Origin: a virus
Lineage: Duplodnaviria; Caudoviricetes
IMG/VR virus record: IMGVR_UViG_3300035204_001410
Coordinates: 1 to 53,720 of that record
Strand: one strand, 5' to 3'
Length of the DNA: 53,720 nt
Of this stretch, positions 38,675 to 45,714 are shown piece after piece. Within the stretch, counting starts at the first letter, position 1, and each line of letters begins with the position of its first letter. The notes below the pieces were generated by a model. The model searched no databases, was not told the DNA's origin, and saw only the letters and a list, made by a program, of their open reading frames with translations. The position numbers and the translations under genes were made by a program.

Positions 38675-38723
38675 AATATAATATACCACAAGAACGTTGC
38701 TTTGTCAAGGGGTTTTTTGCTTT

Positions 38724-39041
38724 TTATATCGCTTTCATGGGTAAGCGATGACCCTTCTTGAATTCGTCAAGACTCATGCTCCACACAGTCTCATCATGTT
38801 GCCCATGCTCACCCCAACGATGCACGATCTCTGCCTCACCAACAACACCACCAACGGCAGCAGCATCAGTAAGCAGCTGGTGCGCCTCTTTCAGTAGGGT
38901 GTTGAGACTGTCCCTGTTCTTCGGCAGCATATGGTGTCGGTCACCCAAGAACCAAAGCTCGTAGGTGTGCGTGGATAGACCAAGGTGCTGACGGACTGCT
39001 TCGGCTACTTGAGGAGAGGGGCTTGTTACTTCGATCTTCAT
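38724..39041 (-). CDS. Hypothetical protein, leaderless
   Basis: MKIEVTS start 6 nt after the -10. Confidence 0.7.
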   Translation of the reverse strand: MKIEVTSPSPQVAEAVRQHLGLSTHTYELWFLGDRHHMLPKNRDSLNTLLKEAHQLLTDAAAVGGVVGEAEIVHRWGEHGQHDETVWSMSLDEFKKGHRLPMKAI

Positions 39042-39092
39042 ACCTATAATATAACACCGAAACACCCTCCTGTCAAGGGCTGGCGGTACGAT

Positions 39093-39154
39093 TGTGAATA
39101 ACTTTTTCAGAGTAAGTTGGCATGCTCGCTGCTCCCGCGCCGACCACAAGTTAC
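39093..39154. repeat. Intergenic element copy E4
   Basis: TGTGAATAACTT-8-TAAGTT-29bp core-AAGTTAC; contains the stop codon of the upstream gene. Confidence 0.88.
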
Positions 39155-39294
39155 TGGCAGCCGCAACACGGCGCATCCTCACACCCACACCGTAGGCCGG
39201 GATCATCATACACAGGCTCGGCGTCGAGGTCATCTATCCACGCACACAGGTCGGCATGGTCATCGTCTGAAAACTGGCTATAATGATCGTTCAT
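39151..39294 (-). CDS. 47-aa acidic protein ending CGCEDAPCCGCQ, leaderless
   Basis: ATG 6 nt after the -10; not in the track. Confidence 0.7.
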   Translation of the reverse strand: MNDHYSQFSDDDHADLCAWIDDLDAEPVYDDPGLRCGCEDAPCCGCQ

Positions 39295-39341
39295 AATAAG
39301 AATATAACACGCAAAAGGCTATCTGTCAAGGGGAAAGTTAT

Positions 39342-39527
39342 TCACCACCCCCGTGTGTTCTCGCGTATAGAGTAGCTGCTCAAGTCTTGGTCTGTGAGCT
39401 TGTCCCATCCGCACTTACACTCACCGTACCACGTGCCACCCCACACCTTTGCACCGGGGTACTCTTGGAAGGGTGCTTCATACTCCATCTCGACGGGCGC
39501 ACCACATTTTTCGCATTTGATTTTCAT
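39342..39527 (-). CDS. Zinc-ribbon protein, leaderless
   Basis: CEKCG...CKCGW. Confidence 0.7.
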   Translation of the reverse strand: MKIKCEKCGAPVEMEYEAPFQEYPGAKVWGGTWYGECKCGWDKLTDQDLSSYSIRENTRGW

Positions 39528-39573
39528 TAGTTATAATATAACACAAAAGAATGTAACTGTCAAGTGATTTTAT

Positions 39574-39609
39574 AAAAAAAATGAGATGCTTCTTGTGAGG
39601 GTGCATCCC
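39574..39609 (-). terminator. Terminator closing the ncRNA candidate
   Basis: GGGATGC...GCATCTC-A-T8 on the minus strand. Confidence 0.7.
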
Positions 39610-40144
39610 AACCCACGACCACTTAAGTTTATTCTGGTTGGCCGCTTAACCGCGTTTAGGTTTCTTACTCGCTCCAGTTACCTTCAGGCTCATCGCGCCT
39701 GACCACGTTCCGACTTCACCCTCGGTGGGCTTGTGTTGTTGTTGCCTACTAGCGTTATTGCCAGCAGGGCGTGTTCTTGTTACCTCGCCACGGCTTCCCA
39801 CATTGCCGACAGAAGGATTACTTATCTGCGTCCGGTTGAGGCGAGGGTAAATTACTGCTGGTGTGAGGGGCTCGAACCCTCCCCCGTCCCTATCGTGTCA
39901 CCGTCTAGTTTCAATGCATCTCCACTAGGGGCTTTCAGCCACGGGCGGTATTGCGGTACTTGCCGCCTTATAGGCCCGATACCCGTAATGGGGCGGTAAC
40001 CGTGCGACAGAGGTTATAACCGAATACTTCCAGTCTCACCAACATAAAATGTGTTCTCCTAGTCGTCACGCTGTGTCAGCGAGGTCTTTGACACTTCGAG
40101 CTTCAAGCGTAGGTTTTCGGAGAACTAAACTTCTCTCAAAGAAC
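39574..40144 (-). ncRNA. Candidate large (~570 nt) structured non-coding RNA
   Basis: Consensus promoter 40151-40179 with no start codon at +1; no minus-strand ORF of 60 aa or more; many nested helices; terminal hairpin plus T8. Confidence 0.72.
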
Positions 40145-40360
40145 TACTATAATATACCACGGAAACACCCTTTTGTCAAGCGGTTTTTTAACTTTTTTTA
40201 ATTACCCTAATTAATCGCATTTAATTACCCCTAATTAGCCGCTCACAAATGATCGACAAATCAATTTGCCAACCAAAAAACGCAAAAAATGATCGACAAA
40301 GTTTCGTAAAAAGGGGTGTTTTCTCCGATGTGAAATTCGCTGTTTTTAAGAAACTGTCAG

Positions 40361-40426
40361 TAAGTTGTTAGTAACTTTCTCTGGTAAGTTGTGATCCGCG
40401 CGGGAGCACGCCCCATGCCAAGTTAC
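40361..40426. repeat. Intergenic element copy E5 (core inverted)
   Basis: TGTTAGTAACTT-7-TAAGTT-29bp core-AAGTTAC; core is 22/29 identical to the reverse complement of the E4 core. Confidence 0.85.
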
Positions 40427-40476
40427 TCGCGCCTGTTCCGAGTTACTTTCTTATGGGATGGGGTTTATTTCGATAT

Positions 40477-40659
40477 TTAATTGTTACTATTTAATCTAGC
40501 TTTTTCTGTAAAGCCTTCTTCGGAAAGGTAACAAGCAATATTTTCTAATTCTTCTTGAGTCAATGATTCGTCAGGAAAAATTATTTGTTGCTTGTCATAA
40601 TCTATTAATACAGTATTTCCATAAACGTTAATTTCTTCTATTTGATTTTGAGCTTTCAT
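40477..40659 (-). CDS. Hypothetical protein
   Basis: 60-aa ORF with YL.EEGF ending common in phage small proteins. Confidence 0.6.
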   Translation of the reverse strand: MKAQNQIEEINVYGNTVLIDYDKQQIIFPDESLTQEELENIACYLSEEGFTEKARLNSNN

Positions 40660-40807
40660 TATCGATTAGTCTTTGCATTATATCTTCCCAGCGTTGCCTG
40701 TCTAATCCAATTTCATCTTCGTTTAACTGTATTGGTAACATTTCCCAAAAGCTAGTTTGCGAAAAGGTTTGAATTAGGTTCAGCCGGTCTTTGTCTGTTA
40801 TATTCAT
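40628..40807 (-). CDS. Hypothetical protein
   Basis: MNITDKDRL. Confidence 0.55.
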   Translation of the reverse strand: MNITDKDRLNLIQTFSQTSFWEMLPIQLNEDEIGLDRQRWEDIMQRLIDNESSKSNRRN

Positions 40808-40809
40808 GA

Positions 40810-40881
40810 TTATAATTTTCTCCACATCTGTATTCCTAAGGCTATGATGCCTATAAACAAAAGTATGGTTATAATTTCCAT
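40810..40881 (-). CDS. 23-aa hydrophobic micropeptide
   Basis: MEIITILLFIGIIALGIQMWRKL with AAGGA upstream. Confidence 0.55.
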   Translation of the reverse strand: MEIITILLFIGIIALGIQMWRKL

Positions 40882-40895
40882 GGGGATCCTTTCTG

Positions 40896-41633
40896 TTATG
40901 CTGTTGCTAGTTGTTGTTTGTTTGCTTTTTTGATTGCTGACAACGCCACGCTTGCCACACTACCCTTGGGCTGCGTACCATGAATCAACAACGCAAAATT
41001 CTCTTTACCAAATGCTGCGTGTGTGTCGTCGTGGTCAATTTCCAAGTCACGCTCTTTTGCTTCTTGCTCGCTGTAAACGACAAGAGCTTCTTTCCATCCG
41101 TGCAAATCAATTAGCTCGTCGTGCTTGCCACCACGGGAAGCAGTTAAAACTAAATTTTCGGGAAGGGCAAACTGTTTGAAGAAATGCAAGCTCTTGGAAT
41201 AAGAGTAAAACACTTTGTCGGGATTCCTTTTGGCAACTTCAATCCACGCTTGCAAATACTTGGCGTTAAAATAATCACCGCCAACGTGAACGCGCATAAT
41301 GTCGAACTTTTTTGGAAGTGATTCGCAAATCAAATCCGCGCAAGCATCGACACCATCCACAAGTGAATCTTTTAGCAAGCCAAGGTTATGCCAAACCATT
41401 TTTCGCAATGATGGATACGTTGCTTCTGCACTAGCAGCAAAACAACGAAACTGCGTGTCAGGCCCATCTTGAATCTTGCCCGTTTGCCTATCTGCACGCG
41501 ACAAACAATCTTTTGCACCGGGGCAAGTATGCCCTGCGGGAAGCGTAAAGGTTTTGAGGGTTAGGCCGAGCTTCCGAATCATTTTCTTGAGCTTGGAGTT
41601 CGGATCTCCAAATCGTAGTAGGTTGTTGTTCAT
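40896..41633 (-). CDS. GP88-family protein, leaderless
   Basis: NSKL, FTLPAGHTCPGAKDC...CFA, RVHVGGDYF, YSYSK. Confidence 0.75.
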   Translation of the reverse strand: MNNNLLRFGDPNSKLKKMIRKLGLTLKTFTLPAGHTCPGAKDCLSRADRQTGKIQDGPDTQFRCFAASAEATYPSLRKMVWHNLGLLKDSLVDGVDACADLICESLPKKFDIMRVHVGGDYFNAKYLQAWIEVAKRNPDKVFYSYSKSLHFFKQFALPENLVLTASRGGKHDELIDLHGWKEALVVYSEQEAKERDLEIDHDDTHAAFGKENFALLIHGTQPKGSVASVALSAIKKANKQQLATA

Positions 41634-41664
41634 AATAACAATATAACACAGGTTTTGGGTTTTG

Positions 41665-42126
41665 TCAAACGGTTTGTAATCTGCTGCGTTGGCTTGCAGC
41701 GTTTTGCTTATATTCTTCTTCATCAAACGCCCTTACTTGAGCAGGGTTTTCTCTTGCCTCTGTACGGCCTATCGAATAATCATAAACGATTGGATCAGTA
41801 GACACAAACGCTTCGGAATTTTCCTTTAGTTCTTCCATACGTCGATTTGCAAGCCTTTGAGCCTCGCTCTTAACGCCGCCTTTTTCTCCCTTGAATCTGT
41901 TAGGGTACTTGTTAAGAAGTAAATGCAATGACGAGTTGAAAAAATACTTTTCTAGCTTTTCTTCACTGGTGGTAATATAAGCAAACGTATCACACATCCA
42001 ATGTAGTCCTCCGCCCGTTGCTTGGTGGTTCCAGAAGGAATAATACTGTTCTATAATTTTTTGTTCATCATTAGATTCAATACCTACGAGAGCAACTGTT
42101 CCGAGTGGTTGATATACGAGTTTCAT
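41665..42126 (-). CDS. Hypothetical protein, near-leaderless
   Basis: ATG 9 nt after the -10; stop lies inside the next -35. Confidence 0.72.
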   Translation of the reverse strand: MKLVYQPLGTVALVGIESNDEQKIIEQYYSFWNHQATGGGLHWMCDTFAYITTSEEKLEKYFFNSSLHLLLNKYPNRFKGEKGGVKSEAQRLANRRMEELKENSEAFVSTDPIVYDYSIGRTEARENPAQVRAFDEEEYKQNAASQRSRLQTV

Positions 42127-42153
42127 AACTAATACAATATAACACGTAAAAGG

Positions 42154-42309
42154 CTATCTGTCAAGGGGTTTCTGATGTTTTTTTCTACGACGAAAAGACC
42201 CTTTACCCTTTCTCACGCGATGTTCCCTAGATGCACTACCCATAAGTCCGTCTTTGTTCACTCGCGCGCGAGGGTGGGCGCGTTGGTTTCTTTGTCTTTT
42301 CCTTTTCAC
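42154..42309 (-). CDS. ArfA-like basic peptide (51 aa, GTG start, leaderless)
   Basis: RVRKGKGSFRRRKKH matches the ArfA KKGKGSYxRKxKH signature. Confidence 0.6.
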   Translation of the reverse strand: MKRKRQRNQRAHPRARVNKDGLMGSASREHRVRKGKGSFRRRKKHQKPLDR

Positions 42310-42348
42310 AATAACAATATACCACAAGAACATCACTTTGTCAAGGGT

Positions 42349-42421
42349 TGTGAATACTTTGTTAATAACTTTCTCAGGGTAAGTTGGCATAAAAGCTGCC
42401 GCACGCCGCATGCCAAGTTAC
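42349..42421. repeat. Intergenic element copy E6 (core inverted, box duplicated at 11 bp)
   Basis: Core is 27/29 identical to the reverse complement of the E2 core. Confidence 0.9.
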
Positions 42422-42438
42422 CACAAAAACTTACTCAC

Positions 42439-42462
42439 AAAAAAACCCCGCGCATGGCGGGG
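42439..42462 (-). terminator. Rho-independent terminator
   Basis: CCCCGC-CATGC-GCGGGG followed by T7. Confidence 0.82.
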
Positions 42463-42483
42463 TGTGCTGGTAGGTTATTAGCG

Positions 42484-43374
42484 TTATTCCGTAACGGTCA
42501 CAACCACATCCTTCTCCTTCGCGGGAGTCCAGAGCTTTTTCAAGCGGTTAGGGTTGCGAGCAGCAAGGTCAAAACGCCGCAGCACGTTAGTAGTGACACG
42601 GTTGGCATACTCAAAACGAGAGTCAGCAACCTCATGCGTAACGTGTTGAGTCACGGCATTGTTAAGGTTGTAAAGGTTGCGAGCCTTATCCTCATCGTGT
42701 GTAGGGTTAACCCAGATTTTTGCAATCTCCTCGCGTAGCTTTTCAGAGATAACCTTGCCTTGGGTGAGAGTCTTGAGAATGTTCAAGCCCTGTTCTTCGC
42801 TCAAGTCAACTTGAGCCAAACGACCATAAACGCTGACACTATCCTTGAGCTTGGCAAGAGCATTGTCAAGCGCGTCATCAGTGACAAGGTCAGCAATGTT
42901 TAGTTGTTTGGAGTGCTTTTTCACCATGTCCACCTCTTTTTCGGTGGTGGTCATACCGTTGGTGCAAACGAGACGAACCAAGCCAAGCGCAAACGAAACA
43001 CGCAAGGAACGGTCAAACGAGTTTTGTGCCGTCAAGCGGTAAGCCATAACGTCACCCACTTGCGGTACTTCAGACTGAAACAGGTCGCCACCTAAATCAT
43101 ACTGCGCTCGCATTTTCGCGCCACCTTCAGTGACAATCACCTTGCGAGTAACGTCGATACCGCGAGCCTCAAAAGCCTCATCGGCACGGGCAAGAACGTC
43201 ACGGTGATTCACAAGACCGTAACGCTCTGAAGTCCAACCCAGAATCTCGTTGTTGTCCTCACGGACGTTCATAAAATAGCCAGACTTACCGCCTTTTACT
43301 GGGTGAGGAACCTCCACTTGGTTCACGGTGAAATCGAAATCAGTGTTAATGGATTGTTTTGCTGCGATACTCAT
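42484..43374 (-). CDS. DUF932/DUF945-family protein
   Basis: VSERY.LV.H-like segment, NSFDRS...GLVRLVCTNG, LYNLNNAVT. Confidence 0.82.
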   Translation of the reverse strand: MSIAAKQSINTDFDFTVNQVEVPHPVKGGKSGYFMNVREDNNEILGWTSERYGLVNHRDVLARADEAFEARGIDVTRKVIVTEGGAKMRAQYDLGGDLFQSEVPQVGDVMAYRLTAQNSFDRSLRVSFALGLVRLVCTNGMTTTEKEVDMVKKHSKQLNIADLVTDDALDNALAKLKDSVSVYGRLAQVDLSEEQGLNILKTLTQGKVISEKLREEIAKIWVNPTHDEDKARNLYNLNNAVTQHVTHEVADSRFEYANRVTTNVLRRFDLAARNPNRLKKLWTPAKEKDVVVTVTE

Positions 43375-43444
43375 TTTTTTCTTTCTGTTAAGGGTTAGTT
43401 TCTTTCGCTTTGTTACTTATAATATACCACAATTTTTAAGAAAG

Positions 43445-43663
43445 TCAAGGCGTAAAAGTGATTTTCTTAAACTTTTTTCTAGTTGACACGCAGCCCTCGC
43501 ATTCACAACCCTCAAGCACTAGGGACAGACTCAATTTTTCGTTAGGAGTTAACCCTTCAAGCGGGGGAGCGGCACAAGTCAGGCACTTACCGTTGTTTTC
43601 CTTAAGCAGTAAGGCGTCATTGCCGCACTGATTGCAAGGTTCAAAGGTGGTTTGCGTTGTCAT
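43445..43663 (-). CDS. Cys-rich Zn-binding protein, leaderless
   Basis: CNQC, CLTC, CECEGC. Confidence 0.65.
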   Translation of the reverse strand: MTTQTTFEPCNQCGNDALLLKENNGKCLTCAAPPLEGLTPNEKLSLSLVLEGCECEGCVSTRKKFKKITFTP

Positions 43664-43702
43664 TGTTACAATATACCACAAGAATGTCGCTTTGTCAAGG
43701 GT

Positions 43703-43774
43703 TGTGAATAACTTTCTTATGGTAAGTTGTGGTAAGTTGGCATCCGGCGTGCTGCGCGTTTTTTACCAAGTTAC
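43703..43774. repeat. Intergenic element copy E7 (10-bp duplication of GGTAAGTTG)
   Basis: TGTGAATAACTT-8-TAAGTT-4-TAAGTT-29bp core-AAGTTAC. Confidence 0.88.
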
Positions 43775-43801
43775 AAGCATAAAATAAAAAAAATTTAATA
43801 T

Positions 43802-43836
43802 AAAAAAACTCTCCCTTACTATTATTTCGGGGAGAG
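43802..43836 (-). terminator. Probable terminator
   Basis: CTCTCCC...GGGAGAG followed by T7. Confidence 0.7.
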
Positions 43837-43999
43837 CCATTATTTGACCTATTTACCTGTATCCTATTATTTCTATTATTTCTATTATTTACAGTTATTT
43901 AAAAGTTTGGCGGGAACCGTTGATTGCGTCTCTGCCTTGTTGCCTACTGGCATAACACGGAACGGCATCAGGGCATTACCCCGCCTTAAATTATTATTA

Positions 44000-44356
44000 T
44001 TACCACCAACTACTATAATACAATTTATTATTATTGTTTAATATCTCTTTAGCTTTACTTATAAAACTTAAGTCATCATTTTTATATCCATATTCATCAT
44101 CTTCATAATCTTTATATGAATCATTACCAAAGAAAAATCCTTGTGTTTCAGGTAAATTTTTATTTAGTATTGTTGCCTCTAGCTGGTCAATGTCCTCAAG
44201 AGTTAATTCAACATCAACACAATTAAACTCCTCCATACCACCTTTGCGGCGATACAATTCTTCCATCCATCCTTGCAGACGATTGTGTTTGCGCCAGTAG
44301 AATACGTCTTCCCGTTCTTCTCCTGTGCCTGTGAATGCGTATTGGTCTAGTCCCAT
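44000..44356 (-). CDS. Conserved phage hypothetical protein
   Basis: MGLDQYA, YWRKHNRLQGWM, LP.T.GFFFG, YYSSWW. Confidence 0.8.
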   Translation of the reverse strand: MGLDQYAFTGTGEEREDVFYWRKHNRLQGWMEELYRRKGGMEEFNCVDVELTLEDIDQLEATILNKNLPETQGFFFGNDSYKDYEDDEYGYKNDDLSFISKAKEILNNNNKLYYSSWW

Positions 44357-44368
44357 GATATAATACTC

Positions 44369-45391
44369 CTATTTTATGTTGTGTGTTTTAAGGTAATCCA
44401 AACCTTGTTTAGAGAGAGAGCGTCCACCAGTGCCTATGTTCATTAGACTCTGTTTCTGCAAATACATCTCAAAGTCACGACGAATACACTCGGTAGTCAT
44501 GCCAACCTTCGCCGCAAGATTTGTAAGACTGCAAACCTTACGTTCGCGCAACGCTTTTAAAATCTGGATCTCGATGTCACTCAAGCCGAGAGGCATTATG
44601 CCTAAAGCGTGTTTTAGCTTGCTCCAATCACCCGCATCAAACTCCTTCTTCTTGGCGCGAGCGAGATAACTTTTCATATCGTTTGCCATCTTCTGCGCTG
44701 CCCTAGCGTTACCACGCAAGACTGTTGCGATCTCCTCCAACACCTCTGGGTCTGCCTTCATCGTCTCATTGTCCAAATTCAACTGGACAATTTTACCAAG
44801 CTCGCTCAAAGTATATTCCTCCATGTCAATACGATCACAACGATCAATCAACGCATGGAAAATCTTGTGTGCCTCTGTCGTAGCAAACATAAACGATTGT
44901 CTACGAAAATTAAAGTCAAACGTCCTGTCCTCGTAAGTCATCGTGTTAAAATGCTTGTCGTTTGGATTCAACGCAGTTAACAAGAACATGGTTACATCAG
45001 TAGGCAACATATGTGCCTCGTCAAATAAGACGGTAACTTCCTTGTTCATAATACGCTCCATAAGCAAGCCTTCAACAAATTGCGGAACAGACTTGATGCT
45101 GGAACAGTTAACTTCCAAGAAACGCTTGGGTGCTTTACCAGCAGGAACCTCGACAGTATTCCTGTCGCCAAATTCGTCAATAGTTGTACGAGACGTTGGT
45201 TCTGCCGAGAGAAGGTTGCGACCTACTGCTTTGGCAAGCATGGTCTTACCACACCCTTTAGGTGCAATAAACATCATGTGAGGCAATATCTTTGTTGCGT
45301 CAAAGTTGTCGAGATGAAAGTCTAACTTTCTTTTTGCTTTGGTTTGTCCGATAAGACCTTTGAAACGGTCTTTCTTTGTAGGTTTTGTCAT
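44369..45391 (-). CDS. RuvB-like AAA+ ATPase
   Basis: LIGQ, APKGCGKT, LFDEAH, ATT, DR finger, RGNARAA sensor 2, C-terminal winged helix (E.YL...GR). Confidence 0.82.
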   Translation of the reverse strand: MTKPTKKDRFKGLIGQTKAKRKLDFHLDNFDATKILPHMMFIAPKGCGKTMLAKAVGRNLLSAEPTSRTTIDEFGDRNTVEVPAGKAPKRFLEVNCSSIKSVPQFVEGLLMERIMNKEVTVLFDEAHMLPTDVTMFLLTALNPNDKHFNTMTYEDRTFDFNFRRQSFMFATTEAHKIFHALIDRCDRIDMEEYTLSELGKIVQLNLDNETMKADPEVLEEIATVLRGNARAAQKMANDMKSYLARAKKKEFDAGDWSKLKHALGIMPLGLSDIEIQILKALRERKVCSLTNLAAKVGMTTECIRRDFEMYLQKQSLMNIGTGGRSLSKQGLDYLKTHNIK

Positions 45392-45417
45392 AGTATAGGT
45401 TTTTAGGTTTTTTAGGT

Positions 45418-45654
45418 TTACCAGTTTTCTTCATCTACTTGAACCAGCGGCTCAAGTTCCTCACTCTTAAAGTCAACTGGTTTCTTCGCTTTAATGTTTG
45501 TCGTACTCGCTTCAAATTGCTCAACCTCAAGATTCAGAGTCTCCGCAAACCGACGAGAGACAACAACAACAGCGTCCTCTTTTAATACGCGATTCAACTC
45601 CTTCAGATTCACTTGGAGGAAGCTACCCGCGCCTTTTGTCTTTCCTCTTGCCAT
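45418..45654 (-). CDS. Hypothetical protein, leaderless
   Basis: ATG 6 nt after a class B -10. Confidence 0.72.
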   Translation of the reverse strand: MARGKTKGAGSFLQVNLKELNRVLKEDAVVVVSRRFAETLNLEVEQFEASTTNIKAKKPVDFKSEELEPLVQVDEENW

Positions 45655-45714
45655 ACTACTAATATACCAGCTTTTTTAAAAAAGTCAAGCCCCTAATGGA
45701 ACTTTTTTTAATTT

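Larger units (their letters stand above)
33383..43698 (-). promoter_or_regulatory. Class A sigma70 promoters TTGACA-N17-TATATT, usually with TGTG(T/G) extended -10 (17 copies)
   Basis: -10..-35 spans: 33383-33411, 33641-33669, 33981-34009, 34565-34593, 35021-35049, 36217-36245, 36435-36463, 37140-37168, 37411-37439, 38680-38708, 39048-39076, 39301-39329, 39535-39563, 40151-40179, 41640-41668, 42136-42164, 42316-42344, plus 43670-43698 as an 18th. Confidence 0.92.

Noticed and set aside
39856-39930. tRNA gene suggested by GAGGGTTCGAGCCCCTC...CACCA
   Set aside because: No local acceptor, D or anticodon stems of canonical geometry; CCA lies only 3 nt after the T-arm.
39574-40144. tmRNA, RNase P RNA or twister ribozyme
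   Set aside because: No GGGG...TTCGAC 5' end with an Ala acceptor stem or clear tag frame; no GAGGAAAGUCC; the UAAC...CAAGCCC...GAGGG twister-like words lack the required helices.
37906-43095. Longer plus-strand ORFs (37906-38469, 42175-42738, 39733-39999 and others)
   Set aside because: They are antisense to well-supported minus-strand genes or the ncRNA, with no plus-strand promoters and no recognisable motifs.
33212-43681. Longer N-terminal versions of early ORFs in the track (e.g. 33487, 35116, 37319, 39233, 41726, 42411)
   Set aside because: The extensions translate promoter and element DNA (recurrent LDK...CYIV and RQLT peptides). True starts are placed just after the -10.
34014-43774. 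Seven-copy element as integron attC sites
   Set aside because: The TAAC...GTTA ends, ~60-bp size and stop-codon overlap are suggestive, but RYYYAAC/GTTRRRY is not matched, there are no paired L boxes, several genes lie between copies, and no integrase is in the window.
34014-43774. Seven-copy element as an intrinsic terminator or CRISPR repeat-spacer units
   Set aside because: No U-tract follows the stem on either strand, and separate terminators lie next to E2, E6 and E7. The cores are related to each other rather than unique spacers, and the copies are kilobases apart.
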